Source of the DNA: Burkholderiales bacterium
GTDB taxonomy: Bacteria; Pseudomonadota; Gammaproteobacteria; Burkholderiales; Burkholderiaceae_C
Direction of reading: 5' to 3'
NCBI GenBank assembly: GCA_018971105.1
Contig: JAGWVB010000002.1
Span: 513 to 64,512 of the forward strand
DNA: 64,000 nt
Numbering within the stretch: position 1 is the first letter of the stretch; every line of letters begins with the position of its first letter. Positions 41,446 through 51,977 of this stretch are shown one piece after another. The notes beneath the pieces were generated by a model that was not told the origin of the DNA, ran no database searches, and saw only the letters and a program-made list of their open reading frames with translations. Position numbers and translations under genes: made by a program.

Positions 41446-42327
41446 ATGAATCGCAAAGGGATCATCCTCGCCGGCGGCTCCGGCACCCGGCTGCACCCGG
41501 CGACGCTGGCGATGAGCAAGCAGTTGCTGCCGGTGTACGACAAGCCGATGGTCTATTACCCGCTGTCGACGCTGATGCTGGCCGGCATGCGCGACGTGCT
41601 CGTCATCAGCACGCCGCAGGACACGCCGCGCTTTCAGGCCCTGCTCGGCGACGGCAGCCGCTGGGGCATGAACCTGAGCTACTGCGTGCAGCCCAGCCCC
41701 GACGGGCTGGCCCAGGCCTTCATCCTCGGCCGCGACTTCGTCGCCGGCGGGCCGAGCGCGCTCGTGCTCGGCGACAACATCTACTACGGCCACGATTTCG
41801 CGCAGCTGCTCGCGCGCGCCGATGCGCGCAAGAGTGGCGCCAGCGTCTTCGCCTATCACGTCACCGATCCCGAGCGCTATGGCGTCGTCGAATTCGACGC
41901 CAGCCGCCGCGCGCTCAGCATCGAGGAGAAGCCCAAGGCGCCGAAGAGCAATTACGCCGTCACCGGCCTGTATTTCTACGACGAGCAGGTCTGCGACATC
42001 GCCGCCGCGATCCAGCCCAGTGCGCGCGGCGAGCTCGAGATCACCGAGGTCAACGCGCAGTACCTGCGCCAGGGCCAGCTCGAGGTCGAGATCATGGGCC
42101 GCGGCTATGCCTGGCTCGACACCGGCACCCACGACAGCCTGCTCGAGGCCGGCCAGTTCATCGCCACGCTCGAAAAGCGCCAGGGTCTGAAGGTCGCCTG
42201 CCCCGAGGAGATCGCCTACCGCGCCGGCTGGATCGGCGCGGCGCAACTCGAGGCGCTGGCCGCGCCGCTGCTGAAGAATGCCTACGGCCAGTACCTGATG
42301 CAGGTGCTGCGCGAGAAGGCCTACTGA
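41446..42327 (+). CDS. rfbA: Glucose-1-phosphate thymidylyltransferase
   Basis: [36 protein letters not shown]. Confidence 0.97.
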   Translation: MNRKGIILAGGSGTRLHPATLAMSKQLLPVYDKPMVYYPLSTLMLAGMRDVLVISTPQDTPRFQALLGDGSRWGMNLSYCVQPSPDGLAQAFILGRDFVAGGPSALVLGDNIYYGHDFAQLLARADARKSGASVFAYHVTDPERYGVVEFDASRRALSIEEKPKAPKSNYAVTGLYFYDEQVCDIAAAIQPSARGELEITEVNAQYLRQGQLEVEIMGRGYAWLDTGTHDSLLEAGQFIATLEKRQGLKVACPEEIAYRAGWIGAAQLEALAAPLLKNAYGQYLMQVLREKAY

Positions 42328-42896
42328 TGAAACTCGTCCCCACCTCGCTTCCCGGCGTCGTCGTCGTCGAACCCCAGGTCTTCGGCGACGACCGCGGCTG
42401 GTTCTACGAGAGCTACAACGAGGCGCGGTTCGACGCCGCGCTGCGCGAGCTCGGCCTGCCGCCGGCGCGCCGCTTCGTCCAGGACAACCACAGCTCGAGC
42501 AAGGCGGGCGTGCTGCGCGGCCTGCATTACCAGCTGCCGCCGCATGCGCAGGGCAAGCTCGTGCGCGTCGTGCGCGGCTCGGCCTGGGACGTGGCGGTCG
42601 ACATCCGCCGCGGCTCGGCCACTTTCGGGCATTGGGTCGGCGTCGAGATCAGCGCCGAGAACAAGCGCCAGCTCTGGATCCCCGAGGGCCATGCGCATGG
42701 ATTCGTCGCGCTCGAGGACGACACCCATTTCCTCTACAAGACGACCGACGTCTACGCCAAGGACTGCGAGCGCAGCATCCTCTGGAACGACCCGGCGCTG
42801 GCCATCGCCTGGCCGCTGCCGCCGGGCGCGCCGATCGTCGCCGCCAAGGACGCCGCGGCGCCGCGGCTCGCGCAGGCCGAGTTGCCGCCGCTGTAG
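42327..42896 (+). CDS. rfbC: dTDP-4-dehydrorhamnose 3,5-epimerase
   Basis: FGDDRGWFYE, QDNHS, VLRGLHYQ, HGFVAL, YKTT. Confidence 0.97.
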   Translation: MKLVPTSLPGVVVVEPQVFGDDRGWFYESYNEARFDAALRELGLPPARRFVQDNHSSSKAGVLRGLHYQLPPHAQGKLVRVVRGSAWDVAVDIRRGSATFGHWVGVEISAENKRQLWIPEGHAHGFVALEDDTHFLYKTTDVYAKDCERSILWNDPALAIAWPLPPGAPIVAAKDAAAPRLAQAELPPL

Positions 42897-42922
42897 CACG
42901 CCGCGCGGGCCGCGAGCAGACG

Positions 42923-42950
42923 AAAAAAAACCGCAGCCTGCGCTGCGGTT
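42923..42950 (-). terminator. Rho-independent terminator after the cold-shock gene
   Basis: AACCGCAG/CTGCGGTT stem followed by T8 on the minus strand. Confidence 0.85.
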
Positions 42951-42972
42951 CCTTTTGGGCCGAAGCCCAGGC

Positions 42973-43254
<282 letters not shown>

Positions 43255-43356
43255 TCACCGAACGAGAAATCCAACGAAACCCGCCGTGAAGCGGGGCACA
43301 CCAGACACTGCCTGAAAAACCGTCTTGCTCAAATCTACGGGGTCGAATATAGCCGC

Positions 43357-43380
43357 AAAACGACCCCGGCGTCGGGGTTG
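43357..43380 (-). terminator. Rho-independent terminator after ugd
   Basis: CAACCCCGAC-GC-CGGGGTCG hairpin followed by TTTT on the minus strand. Confidence 0.6.
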
Positions 43381-43398
43381 CCGCGAAATCAATGCGAC

Positions 43399-44733
43399 TC
43401 AGCGCGCGGCCAGGCGACCGATGCCACGGTAATCGATGCCATGCAGTTGCATCAGCGCCGGCTCATAGATGTTGCGGCCGTCGAAGATCAGCGGCTGCTT
43501 GAGCGCGGCCTTGATGGCGTCGAAGTCGGGGTTGCGGAACTCCTTCCACTCGGTCACGACGACGAGCGCATCGGCGCCGGCCAGCGCCTCGGCCTGGTGG
43601 GCCACCAGCGTCAACCCCGGCGTGCCCTCGAAGACGCGGCGCGCCTCGTCCATCGCCACCGGGTCGTAGGCGCGCACCGCGGCACCGCGGCGCGTGAGCT
43701 CGCCGATGACGACGCGGCTCGGCGCCTCGCGCATGTCGTCGGTGTTGGGCTTGAACGCCAGGCCCCAGACGGCGAAGGTGCGCCCGGCGAGGCTCTCGCC
43801 GTACTGCGCGACGATCTTGTCGACCAGCACATGCTTCTGGCGCTCGTTGGCCGCCTCCACCGCCTGCAGCACGCCCAGCTCCATGCCGTTCTCGTGCCCG
43901 GTGTGGATCAGCGCCTTGACGTCCTTGGGAAAGCAGCTGCCGCCGTAGCCGGTGCCGGGATAGAGGAAATGGGTACCGATGCGCGGGTCGCTGCCCATGC
44001 CCTTGCGCACCATCTCGATGTCGGCGCCGACCTTCTCGGCCAGCCGCGCGAGCTCGTTCATGAAGCTGATGCGCGTGGCCAGCATCGCGTTGGCGGCGTA
44101 CTTCGTGAACTCGGCGCTGCGCACGTCCATCAGCTGCAGGCGGTCGTGGTTGCGCATGAAGGGCAGGTAGAGCGAGCGCATCAGCAGCACGGCGCGCTCG
44201 TCGTCGGCGCCGACGACGATGCGGTCGGGCCGCATGCAGTCGTCGACGGCCGCGCCCTCCTTGAGGAACTCCGGGTTGCTGACGACGGCGTAGGCCATCT
44301 CGCCCAGGCCGCGGGCGACGAGCGCCGCGCGCACCGCGTCGCGCACCTTGTCGGCCGTGCCCACCGGCACGGTGCTCTTGTCGACGATGACCTTGTAGTC
44401 GGTCATGTGGCGGCCAATGTTGGTCGCCGCGGCCAGCACGTACTGCAGGTCGGCCGAGCCGTCCTCGTCGGGCGGCGTGCCCACGCCGATGAACTGCACC
44501 GTGCCATGGCCGACGGCGGCCGCGACATCGGTCGTGAACTGCAGCCGCCCGGCGGCCACGTTGCGGTGGACGATGGCCTCCAGCCCGGGCTCGTGGATCG
44601 GGATGCCGCCCTCGTTGAGCAGGCGGATCTTGCGTTCGTCGATGTCGAGGCAGACCACGTGATTGCCCATTTCGGACAGGCAGGCGCCTGTGACCAGACC
44701 GACATAGCCGGTGCCGACGACGGTGACTTTCAT
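43399..44733 (-). CDS. ugd: UDP-glucose 6-dehydrogenase
   Basis: [48 protein letters not shown]. Confidence 0.96.
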   Translation of the reverse strand: MKVTVVGTGYVGLVTGACLSEMGNHVVCLDIDERKIRLLNEGGIPIHEPGLEAIVHRNVAAGRLQFTTDVAAAVGHGTVQFIGVGTPPDEDGSADLQYVLAAATNIGRHMTDYKVIVDKSTVPVGTADKVRDAVRAALVARGLGEMAYAVVSNPEFLKEGAAVDDCMRPDRIVVGADDERAVLLMRSLYLPFMRNHDRLQLMDVRSAEFTKYAANAMLATRISFMNELARLAEKVGADIEMVRKGMGSDPRIGTHFLYPGTGYGGSCFPKDVKALIHTGHENGMELGVLQAVEAANERQKHVLVDKIVAQYGESLAGRTFAVWGLAFKPNTDDMREAPSRVVIGELTRRGAAVRAYDPVAMDEARRVFEGTPGLTLVAHQAEALAGADALVVVTEWKEFRNPDFDAIKAALKQPLIFDGRNIYEPALMQLHGIDYRGIGRLAAR

Positions 44734-44909
44734 GAGGGTGCTGTGTCTTCCTGAGGCCGCGCCGGCCGATCCGGCGGGTAACCCCTCATTTTCGCATCGC
44801 AAGATGGAGAAATTGCGACAGCCGGCGCCGACGCGCCAAGAGCGTCACGAAGCGCCGCCGACCCTGCGCAGTGTTATCTTCGCCGGTTGCTTCGAACCGA
44901 CCTCCGCGC

Positions 44910-46037
44910 ATGACCAAGACCGCACTCATCACCGGCGTCACCGGCCAGGACGGCGCCTACCTGGCCGAACTCCTGCTCGCCAAGGGCTACGAGGTGCACG
45001 GCATCAAGCGCCGCTCGTCGTCGTTCAACACCGACCGCGTCGACCACCTGTACGAGGATCCGCATGTCGACCACCCGCGCTTCAAGCTGCACTACGGCGA
45101 CCTCACCGACAGCACGAACCTGATCCGCATCGTCCAGCAGGTGCAGCCCGACGAGATCTACAACCTGGGCGCGATGAGCCATGTCGCGGTCAGCTTCGAG
45201 CAGCCCGAGTACACGGCCGACGCCGACGCCGTCGGCACGCTGCGGCTGCTCGAGGCGATCCGCATCCTCGGCCTCGAGAAGAAGACGCGCTTCTACCAGG
45301 CCAGCACGAGCGAGCTCTACGGCCTGGTGCAGGAAGTGCCGCAGAAGGAGACGACGCCCTTCTACCCGCGCAGCCCCTACGCGGTGGCCAAGCTCTACGC
45401 CTACTGGATCACGGTCAACTACCGCGAGGCCTACGGCATCTACGCCTGCAACGGCATCCTGTTCAACCACGAGAGCCCGATCCGCGGCGAGACCTTCGTC
45501 ACGCGCAAGATCACGCGCGCCGTGGCGCGCATCGCGCTCGGGCTGCAGGAGACGCTGTACCTGGGCAACCTGGGCGCGCTGCGCGACTGGGGCCATGCGC
45601 GCGACTATGTCCAGATGCAGTGGCTGATGCTGCAGCAGGCCCAGGCCGAGGACTACGTCATCGCCACCGGCCGCCAGCACAGCGTGCGCGAGTTCGTGCA
45701 GCGCGCCGCCGCCGAACTCGGCGTCACGGTGGGCTTCGAGGGCGAGGGCGCGACCGAGGTCGGCATCGTCAAGGCGGTGGCCAAGACCGGCGGCGAGCTG
45801 CGCGCCAAATGCAAGCCGGGCGACGTCATCGTGCGCGTCGACCCGCGCTATTTCCGCCCGACCGAGGTCGAGACGCTGCTCGGCGACCCGTCCAAGGCCA
45901 AGGCGCGCCTGGGCTGGGAGCCGACGACGACGTTCGAGCAGCTGGTGCGCGAGATGGTCGAGAGCGACTACACGAGCGCCAAGCGCGACAGCCTCGTCAA
46001 GCTGGCCGGGTTCCAGGCCTACGACCACCACGAATGA
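44910..46037 (+). CDS. gmd: GDP-mannose 4,6-dehydratase
   Basis: [42 protein letters not shown]. Confidence 0.97.
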   Translation: MTKTALITGVTGQDGAYLAELLLAKGYEVHGIKRRSSSFNTDRVDHLYEDPHVDHPRFKLHYGDLTDSTNLIRIVQQVQPDEIYNLGAMSHVAVSFEQPEYTADADAVGTLRLLEAIRILGLEKKTRFYQASTSELYGLVQEVPQKETTPFYPRSPYAVAKLYAYWITVNYREAYGIYACNGILFNHESPIRGETFVTRKITRAVARIALGLQETLYLGNLGALRDWGHARDYVQMQWLMLQQAQAEDYVIATGRQHSVREFVQRAAAELGVTVGFEGEGATEVGIVKAVAKTGGELRAKCKPGDVIVRVDPRYFRPTEVETLLGDPSKAKARLGWEPTTTFEQLVREMVESDYTSAKRDSLVKLAGFQAYDHHE

Positions 46038-46059
46038 CGCCGCGCGCCGACGACCGCCC

Positions 46060-47046
46060 ATGAATCCCGATGCCCGCATCTACGTCGCCGGCCACCGCGG
46101 ACTGGTCGGCAGCGCCCTCGTGCGCCGGCTGCAGGGAGCCGGCTACCGCGCGCTGATCACGCGCAGCCATGCCGAGCTCGACCTCGCCGACGCCCGCGCC
46201 ACCGCGGCCTTCTTCGAACGCGAGCGCCCCGAGTACGTGTTCCTGGCAGCCGCCAAGGTGGGCGGCATCGTCGCCAACAACAGCCGGCCGGCCGAGTTCA
46301 TCCGCGACAACCTCGCGATCCAGACCAGCGTCATCGACGCCGCCTGGCGCAGCGGCGCGCGGCGGCTGCTGTTCCTGGGCAGCAGCTGCATCTACCCCAA
46401 GCTGGCGCCGCAGCCGATGCGCGAACGCGACCTCCTCACCGGCCCCCTCGAGCCGACGAACCGACCCTATGCGCTGGCCAAGATCGCCGGCATCGAGATG
46501 TGCTGGAGCTACAACCGCCAGTACGGCACGCGCTACCTGGCGGCGATGCCGACCAACCTCTACGGCCCGGGCGACAACTACCACCCGACGCACAGCCACG
46601 TCATCCCGGCGCTGCTGCGCAAGTTCCATGAAGCGCGCCGGCGCGGCGACGCTGCCGTCACGGTCTGGGGCACCGGCAGGCCGCGGCGCGAGTTCCTCTA
46701 CAGCGACGACATGGCCGACGCCTGCGTGCACCTGATGCAACTGCCCGACGCGCGCTTCGACGCGCTGCTGGGCAGCGACGAGAGCGTGAGCGGGCGCTTC
46801 GAGCCGCCGCTGGTCAATATCGGCGTCGGCTCCGACGTCACGATCGCCGAGCTGGCAGCGCTGGTGGCACATGTCGTCGGCTACGACGGCGCCATCGAGT
46901 ACGACCACGGCAAGCCCGATGGCACGCCGCGCAAGCTGATGGACGTGAGCCTCCTGGGCGCCACCGGCTGGCGCGCCCGCACCGGCCTGGAAGACGGACT
47001 GCGGTCGGCCTACGCCGAATTCAAGGCCACCCAGGCCGACGCCTGA
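46060..47046 (+). CDS. fcl: GDP-L-fucose synthase
   Basis: [55 protein letters not shown]. Confidence 0.95.
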   Translation: MNPDARIYVAGHRGLVGSALVRRLQGAGYRALITRSHAELDLADARATAAFFERERPEYVFLAAAKVGGIVANNSRPAEFIRDNLAIQTSVIDAAWRSGARRLLFLGSSCIYPKLAPQPMRERDLLTGPLEPTNRPYALAKIAGIEMCWSYNRQYGTRYLAAMPTNLYGPGDNYHPTHSHVIPALLRKFHEARRRGDAAVTVWGTGRPRREFLYSDDMADACVHLMQLPDARFDALLGSDESVSGRFEPPLVNIGVGSDVTIAELAALVAHVVGYDGAIEYDHGKPDGTPRKLMDVSLLGATGWRARTGLEDGLRSAYAEFKATQADA

Positions 47047-47273
47047 AGCGATTTCCGGGCGCCCGGTGAAAGTTCACGCCCCGGCGCGGGGCCTGACCGC
47101 GGCGGATTGTTGCCATTCGCGATGCGGGCCGGCGACAATGCGGACACATTGAGACACGCTGCGCCGCATAATTTGATGCTCCGCGACAAGCGTCGAGTCC
47201 GCGGTCGATCCAGCGACCGACACCTGAGCCCTTGGCACCGCCCGACGCCGCGCACCCATCGTCCCGAGCCGAG

Positions 47274-47984
47274 ATGATCCCGTTCACCGGACTCAAACCG
47301 CATCTGCGCCTGCCGGCCGGCATCCTGTTGAGCGTGCTGCTGCTGGCCGGTGTCGCCGCGGCGGGCTTGATCGGCATGTCCAAGGTGCAGCGGCGGCTCG
47401 AAGCGGTGACCCGGATCCACAACGCCGAGAGCCGCCAGGCGCGCGAGATGCATTCGGCGAGCTTCGAGATGTCGCGCCTGATCCGCGACCTGGTCCTGGT
47501 GACGGACGGGGCCGCGATGAACCGGCTCCACGCATCGTTCGAAGTCGCACGGGCCAACTATCAGCAGCACGAGAGCACGCTGGCGAGCATGTTCGCGAAC
47601 CCGACCTCCCCCGCCTCGAACGAGGAGCGCGAGCTGTTCGATCAGATCCGGGCGTTGCGGGAGCTGGCCCAGGCGCCGATGAACCAGGTCGTCGCGCTGG
47701 GGCTGAAGAACGACAACGTCGAGGCCACGCGCGTGCTGATGGAAGACACCCAGCCCAGGATCGCCTCCTGGATGCGCGCCCTGGGCGAACTGGTCGACCT
47801 CGAGGACCAGATCAACGACGAATCGACGGCCGAAGCCGCCAGCGCCTATGCGACGGCGCGCATGATGATCTTCGGGCTGGGCGGCCTGGCGCTGGTGCTG
47901 GGAGCGGGGCTTGCGTGGTGGGTTGCGCGGGCCGGCGCGGCAGTGCCGCAGGTCGACGGCTCCGGCCATCCCGGTTCGCCGTAG
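47274..47984 (+). pseudogene. Truncated methyl-accepting chemotaxis protein (TM1, four-helix sensor, TM2 only)
   Basis: Hydrophobic TM1, SRLIRDLVL...QAPMNQVVALG four-helix-bundle sensor, TM2 IFGLGGLALVLG, then a stop with no HAMP or signalling domain. Confidence 0.75.
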
Positions 47985-48050
47985 GCGGGCAGCGGGCGCG
48001 AACACCGGCAAGCGCGGCCGGGCGGTGCGTCGGCACGGCGGCGCATAAGC

Positions 48051-49218
48051 TAGTGTAGTGTTTCGTTCTTGATTGAACTTAAATGAACAGCCTCGCTCCA
48101 CTGCTCTACTTGGGCCTGAAGTGGAGCGAGAGAGTGCGAGTTGCGCCGGCGATCGAGTTGACGGAAGAGCGGAGAAGCGAGCTGACGCGGCTGTCGCGCT
48201 CGGGGCGTACGAGCGTGCGTCTGGCGCAGCGAGCACGCATCGTCCTGCTCGCGGCCGACGGCATGCAGAACAAGGACATTGCCGAGGAATTGGGTATCGG
48301 GCGGGTTCAGGTCGCGCGCTGGCGCGAGCGGTATTTGCAGGCGGGGATCGAGGGGATCGAACGAGATCTGCCCCGGGGCGCGCCGCCGGTGAAGGTCGAC
48401 GTGGCCGAACTGGTGAGGTTGACCACACAGACCAAGCCTGAAGCGGCAACGCAATGGAGCACCCGCAAGCTCGCCGCCGAACTGGGCGTTGCGCCCAGCA
48501 CAGTCCTGCGTCATTGGCAGGCCAATGGCCTGAAGCCGCATGTCGTGCGCGGGTTCAAGGTGTCGCGCGATCCAATGTTCGTCGAGAAGCTCGAGGACAT
48601 CGTGGGCCTGTATATGTCCCCGCCCGAACATGCACGGGTGCTGTGCTGCGACGAGAAGAGCCAGGTTCAGGCGCTGGACCGAACGCAGCCCGGACTGCCG
48701 CTGAAGAAGGGCCGCGCCGAGACCATGACGCACGACTCCAAGCGCCACGGCACGACCACGCTCTTCGCTGCCCTGAACGTGCTCGACGGCAAGGTCATCG
48801 GCCAATGCCTGCAGCGGCATACCCATGCCGAATGGCTGAAGTTCCTGCGCCAGATCGACCGCGAGACGCCCAAGGGCAAGACGCTGCACTTGATCGCCGA
48901 CAACGACGCCACGCACAAACATCCCGCAGTGCAACGATGGCTGGCCAGGCACCCGCGGTTCCACATGCACTTCACCCCGACCTCGGCGTCGTGGCTGAAC
49001 ATGGTCGAGCGATTCTTCCGCGACATCACGACGGAAAGAATTCGCCGCGGCGTATTCACCAGCGTGCCCGAACTCGAATCGGCAATCGACGAATACGTCG
49101 CTCATCACAACGTCAACCCCAGGCCGTTCATCGGGACCAAGAGCGCGCGCGACATCCTGCAGAAGGTCATTCGCGCCAATTCGCGCTCAAGTTCCAAATA
49201 GAACGAAACACTACACTA
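48051..49218 (+). mobile_element. IS630-family insertion sequence
   Basis: Perfect 20-bp inverted ends CTAGTGTAGTGTTTCGTTCT (48050-48069, 49200-49219) including the flanking TA; single transposase. Confidence 0.95.
48134..49201 (+). CDS. IS630 DDE transposase
   Basis: RARIVLLAADG HTH, CDEKSQVQAL, KRHGTTTLFAAL, ADN, HFTPTSASWLNMVERFF; GTG start with GGAG upstream. Confidence 0.92.
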   Translation: MRVAPAIELTEERRSELTRLSRSGRTSVRLAQRARIVLLAADGMQNKDIAEELGIGRVQVARWRERYLQAGIEGIERDLPRGAPPVKVDVAELVRLTTQTKPEAATQWSTRKLAAELGVAPSTVLRHWQANGLKPHVVRGFKVSRDPMFVEKLEDIVGLYMSPPEHARVLCCDEKSQVQALDRTQPGLPLKKGRAETMTHDSKRHGTTTLFAALNVLDGKVIGQCLQRHTHAEWLKFLRQIDRETPKGKTLHLIADNDATHKHPAVQRWLARHPRFHMHFTPTSASWLNMVERFFRDITTERIRRGVFTSVPELESAIDEYVAHHNVNPRPFIGTKSARDILQKVIRANSRSSSK

Positions 49219-49452
49219 GAGCAGCCCGATGTCGCCGATGCGCCCGTCCAGCGTCAGATCGAGGTTCTGGAACAAGGCGATGCGCACGACGTCGCCCGCG
49301 CCGAGCCGGTATTCGAGCGGCGCCGAGGCATTCGGGCCCGCCGGCGATGCCGGCGCCACCGGGGGCGCCGCCAGCGCCTGCGCCGGCCCCACGCCCAGTT
49401 GCGGCAGCAGCAGCGCCTTCAGCAACGCGGCCAGGCGCCTGGTCGTTCCCAT
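49216..49452 (-). pseudogene. Polysaccharide export protein EpsE/Wza, 5' fragment cut at the IS630 end
   Basis: Signal peptide then EYRLGAGDVVRIALFQNLDLTL; stop TAG falls on the IS terminal TA. Confidence 0.85.
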
Positions 49453-49472
49453 CGGCCCGCCGCGCCCTGCCT

Positions 49473-50450
49473 TCACTTCAGCCCCATGCCCTTGCTGATG
49501 TCGCTGTCCGACAGGCCGGCGCTGGCCGGTAGATCGGGAACCTCGGCCGGCGCCGCGGCGGGAGCCGACGCAGTGCTGGCCGCCGCCGATGCCGGCGGCG
49601 CGAACTTGCCGACATATTCGATCTGGGCCGCGGCGCGCAGGCGCTTCATCTCGGCCTCGATCAGCTTGCGCTTGCGTTCATTGAGCAGGTATTGCTCGAT
49701 CGCCGGCTTGGCCTGGTCGATGCTCACCGGCTGGCTGCGCGAACCGGCCAGCAGGAGCACGTCGATGCCCTTGGGCGTGGGCGTGATCAGCGCCTGGCCG
49801 TCCTTCATGCGCGCGATCGCATCGAGCGACGCCATCGGCAACTGCTCGGCCGAGCGCACGGCCTGATTGCCGGCGAACTTGATGCCCTGGGCCTTCAGGT
49901 ATTCGATGAAATCGGCCACGTTCTTGCTGGACGCCAGGCGGGCACGCAGATCGGGAACCTGTTCCGGCGTGGCCTCGACCGAGAGTTCCTGCAGGTTGTA
50001 GATGCGGCGATCGCTGAACAGCGCCGGCTTATCCTCGTAGTACTTCTCGATCTCCTGCTGCGTCGGCTTGGCGGCAGCCTCGCCGACCTTCTCGAGATAG
50101 GCGCGCGCCAGCACTTCGCGGCGCGCCGCATCGAGTTGCTGGGCGACGCGCGGGTCGCGGTCCAGCTTCTGGTCGTCCGCCTGCTGCACGGCCAGGTCCT
50201 GGTCGATCAGGCGCTCCAGGATCTGGTGCGCGGCGGCCTCGGCCTGATCCTGACGCAGGCCGCGCTGCTGCTGGAGCATGAAATTGATCTGGTGGACGGT
50301 GATTTCGTCCTTGTTCACGCGGGCCGCGGTCTGCGTCGCCGCCGGGTCCTTCTTGTCGCCGCAGCCCGCCAGCATCAGGGTGCCGGTCACGACTGCGATC
50401 GCGATCGCGGTCAGCGTCAGTCGGAAGGGGGATTGCGTCTTCGGATTCAT
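49473..50450 (-). CDS. EpsD-family peptidyl-prolyl isomerase-like lipoprotein
   Basis: Lipobox LAGC, ARVNKDEITVHQIN, ILERLIDQ, YNLQEL, RSAEQLP, IEYVGKF; upstream of the epsE fragment. Confidence 0.85.
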   Translation of the reverse strand: MNPKTQSPFRLTLTAIAIAVVTGTLMLAGCGDKKDPAATQTAARVNKDEITVHQINFMLQQQRGLRQDQAEAAAHQILERLIDQDLAVQQADDQKLDRDPRVAQQLDAARREVLARAYLEKVGEAAAKPTQQEIEKYYEDKPALFSDRRIYNLQELSVEATPEQVPDLRARLASSKNVADFIEYLKAQGIKFAGNQAVRSAEQLPMASLDAIARMKDGQALITPTPKGIDVLLLAGSRSQPVSIDQAKPAIEQYLLNERKRKLIEAEMKRLRAAAQIEYVGKFAPPASAAASTASAPAAAPAEVPDLPASAGLSDSDISKGMGLK

Positions 50451-50485
50451 CGGGGGGGGTCCTTGGAGGGGAAACTGGATCGCGG

Positions 50486-50502
50486 TGCGAATGACATGCC
50501 GG
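50486..50502 (-). promoter_or_regulatory. Candidate sigma54 -24/-12 promoter for epsD
   Basis: CCGGCATGTCATTCGCA has GG-N10-GC spacing about 35 nt before the ATG; imperfect match. Confidence 0.3.
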
Positions 50503-50744
50503 ATATCGCGGGCTCCGCATGGAAATCGAAAACCCTGCTGGAAAACCGTGCCGACCGTTTGAAGAATCTTGAATTCTACTGGCGGGCTTTGCCGTTCGGG
50601 TTAGCCCAGAACCACCCCGGGTGGCCGGGTACTCCCAATTGACCAAGGCTGCCGCGTTAATTCAGTGCTCAACGGTGCGCCAGAACCCGCATTCGGGGTG
50701 GAGGGAAATCAACCGGTTCGGGCCGGGATTTCCGACCGATCAAT

Positions 50745-51476
50745 TCAACATTTCACGCCGACATGCAGCGCGACAATACCGGCGGCGAGGTTATGGACAT
50801 CGACATGGCCGAATCCGGCCGCCTTGAGCATCGCCTTGAGCGTCGCCTGATCCGGATGCATGCGGATGCTTTCGGCCAGATAGCGGTAGCTGTCGCCGTC
50901 CTTCGCGATCAGCCGGCCCAGCATCGGCATGAGGCGGAAGGAGTACCAGTCGTAAGGCTTGCGCAGCGCATCGACCGGTTTGGAGAATTCAAGCACGAGC
51001 AGGCGGCCGCCGGGGCGCAGCACGCGATTCATCTCGGCCAGCGCGGATTCCTTGTGCGTCATGTTGCGCAATCCGAAGGCGACGCTGACGAGGTCGAACG
51101 TGGCATCGGCGAAAGGCAGCCGCTCGGCATCGCAGGCCGCCGTGGGAATGACCAGGCCTTCGTCGAGGAGGCGGTCGCGGCCGACACGCAACATGGATTC
51201 ATTGATGTCGCTGAGCACGACGCACCCGCCGGGGCCGGCCTTGCGCGCGAAGGCGCGCGCCAGGTCGCCGGTGCCGCCGGCGATGTCCAGCACCTGCATG
51301 CCCGGCTGCACGGCGGCGACGGCGACGGCGTACGACTTCCACAGCCGGTGCATGCCCATCGAGAGCACGTCGTTCATCAGGTCGTAGCGCGAGGCGACCG
51401 AGTCGAACACGCCGCGCACGCGCTGCGCCTTTTCCGCGTCCTCGACGGTTTCATAGCCGAAATGCGTCTGGGCCAT
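50745..51476 (-). CDS. ubiE: Demethylmenaquinone/ubiquinone C-methyltransferase
   Basis: [47 protein letters not shown]. Confidence 0.97.
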   Translation of the reverse strand: MAQTHFGYETVEDAEKAQRVRGVFDSVASRYDLMNDVLSMGMHRLWKSYAVAVAAVQPGMQVLDIAGGTGDLARAFARKAGPGGCVVLSDINESMLRVGRDRLLDEGLVIPTAACDAERLPFADATFDLVSVAFGLRNMTHKESALAEMNRVLRPGGRLLVLEFSKPVDALRKPYDWYSFRLMPMLGRLIAKDGDSYRYLAESIRMHPDQATLKAMLKAAGFGHVDVHNLAAGIVALHVGVKC

Positions 51477-51480
51477 GGTC

Positions 51481-51897
51481 TCAGTGCTTCGAGCAGGCGC
51501 CGCCGCCACCGGCGGCGATCATCGGCGCGTCGCGGTCGAGGCCGGCCTGCTGCAGGCGCTCCTCGTAGCGGCGCCAGAGTTCGGTCTGCGTCGCGCCGAG
51601 CTCGTAGAGGTAGGCCCAGGAGTAGATGCCGGTGTCGTGGCCGTCGCTGAAGGTCGGCTGCACGGCGTAGCGCCCGACCGCGACCAGATCGACGATGCCG
51701 ACCTCGCGCTTGCCGGTCTGCAGCACTTCCTGCCCCGGGCCATGGCCCTGGACCTCGGCCGAGGGCGAATACACGCGCAGCAGCTCGAAGGGGATGCGGA
51801 AGCGGGCGCCGTCGTCGAAGGCGATTTCGAGCGCGCGCGTGGCCTGATGCAGCGTCAGGTCAGTGGGCTGGGGTGTCTGGGAATCGAGTCCGGCCAT
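51481..51897 (-). CDS. DUF971 (GBBH N-terminal-like) protein
   Basis: [38 protein letters not shown]. Confidence 0.9.
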   Translation of the reverse strand: MAGLDSQTPQPTDLTLHQATRALEIAFDDGARFRIPFELLRVYSPSAEVQGHGPGQEVLQTGKREVGIVDLVAVGRYAVQPTFSDGHDTGIYSWAYLYELGATQTELWRRYEERLQQAGLDRDAPMIAAGGGGACSKH

Positions 51898-51977
51898 CGG
51901 TTGGGGTCCATGGAGGCGCGAGCGCCAAGTTTAGCCCTCGCGCGTGAAGGGGCCGGCGGACGCAGCGCCGCCGGGGT

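Noticed and set aside
47047-47273. Sigma28 promoter or c-di-GMP riboswitch upstream of the MCP
   Set aside because: No TAAA-N15-GCCGATAA or GEMM core at correct spacing
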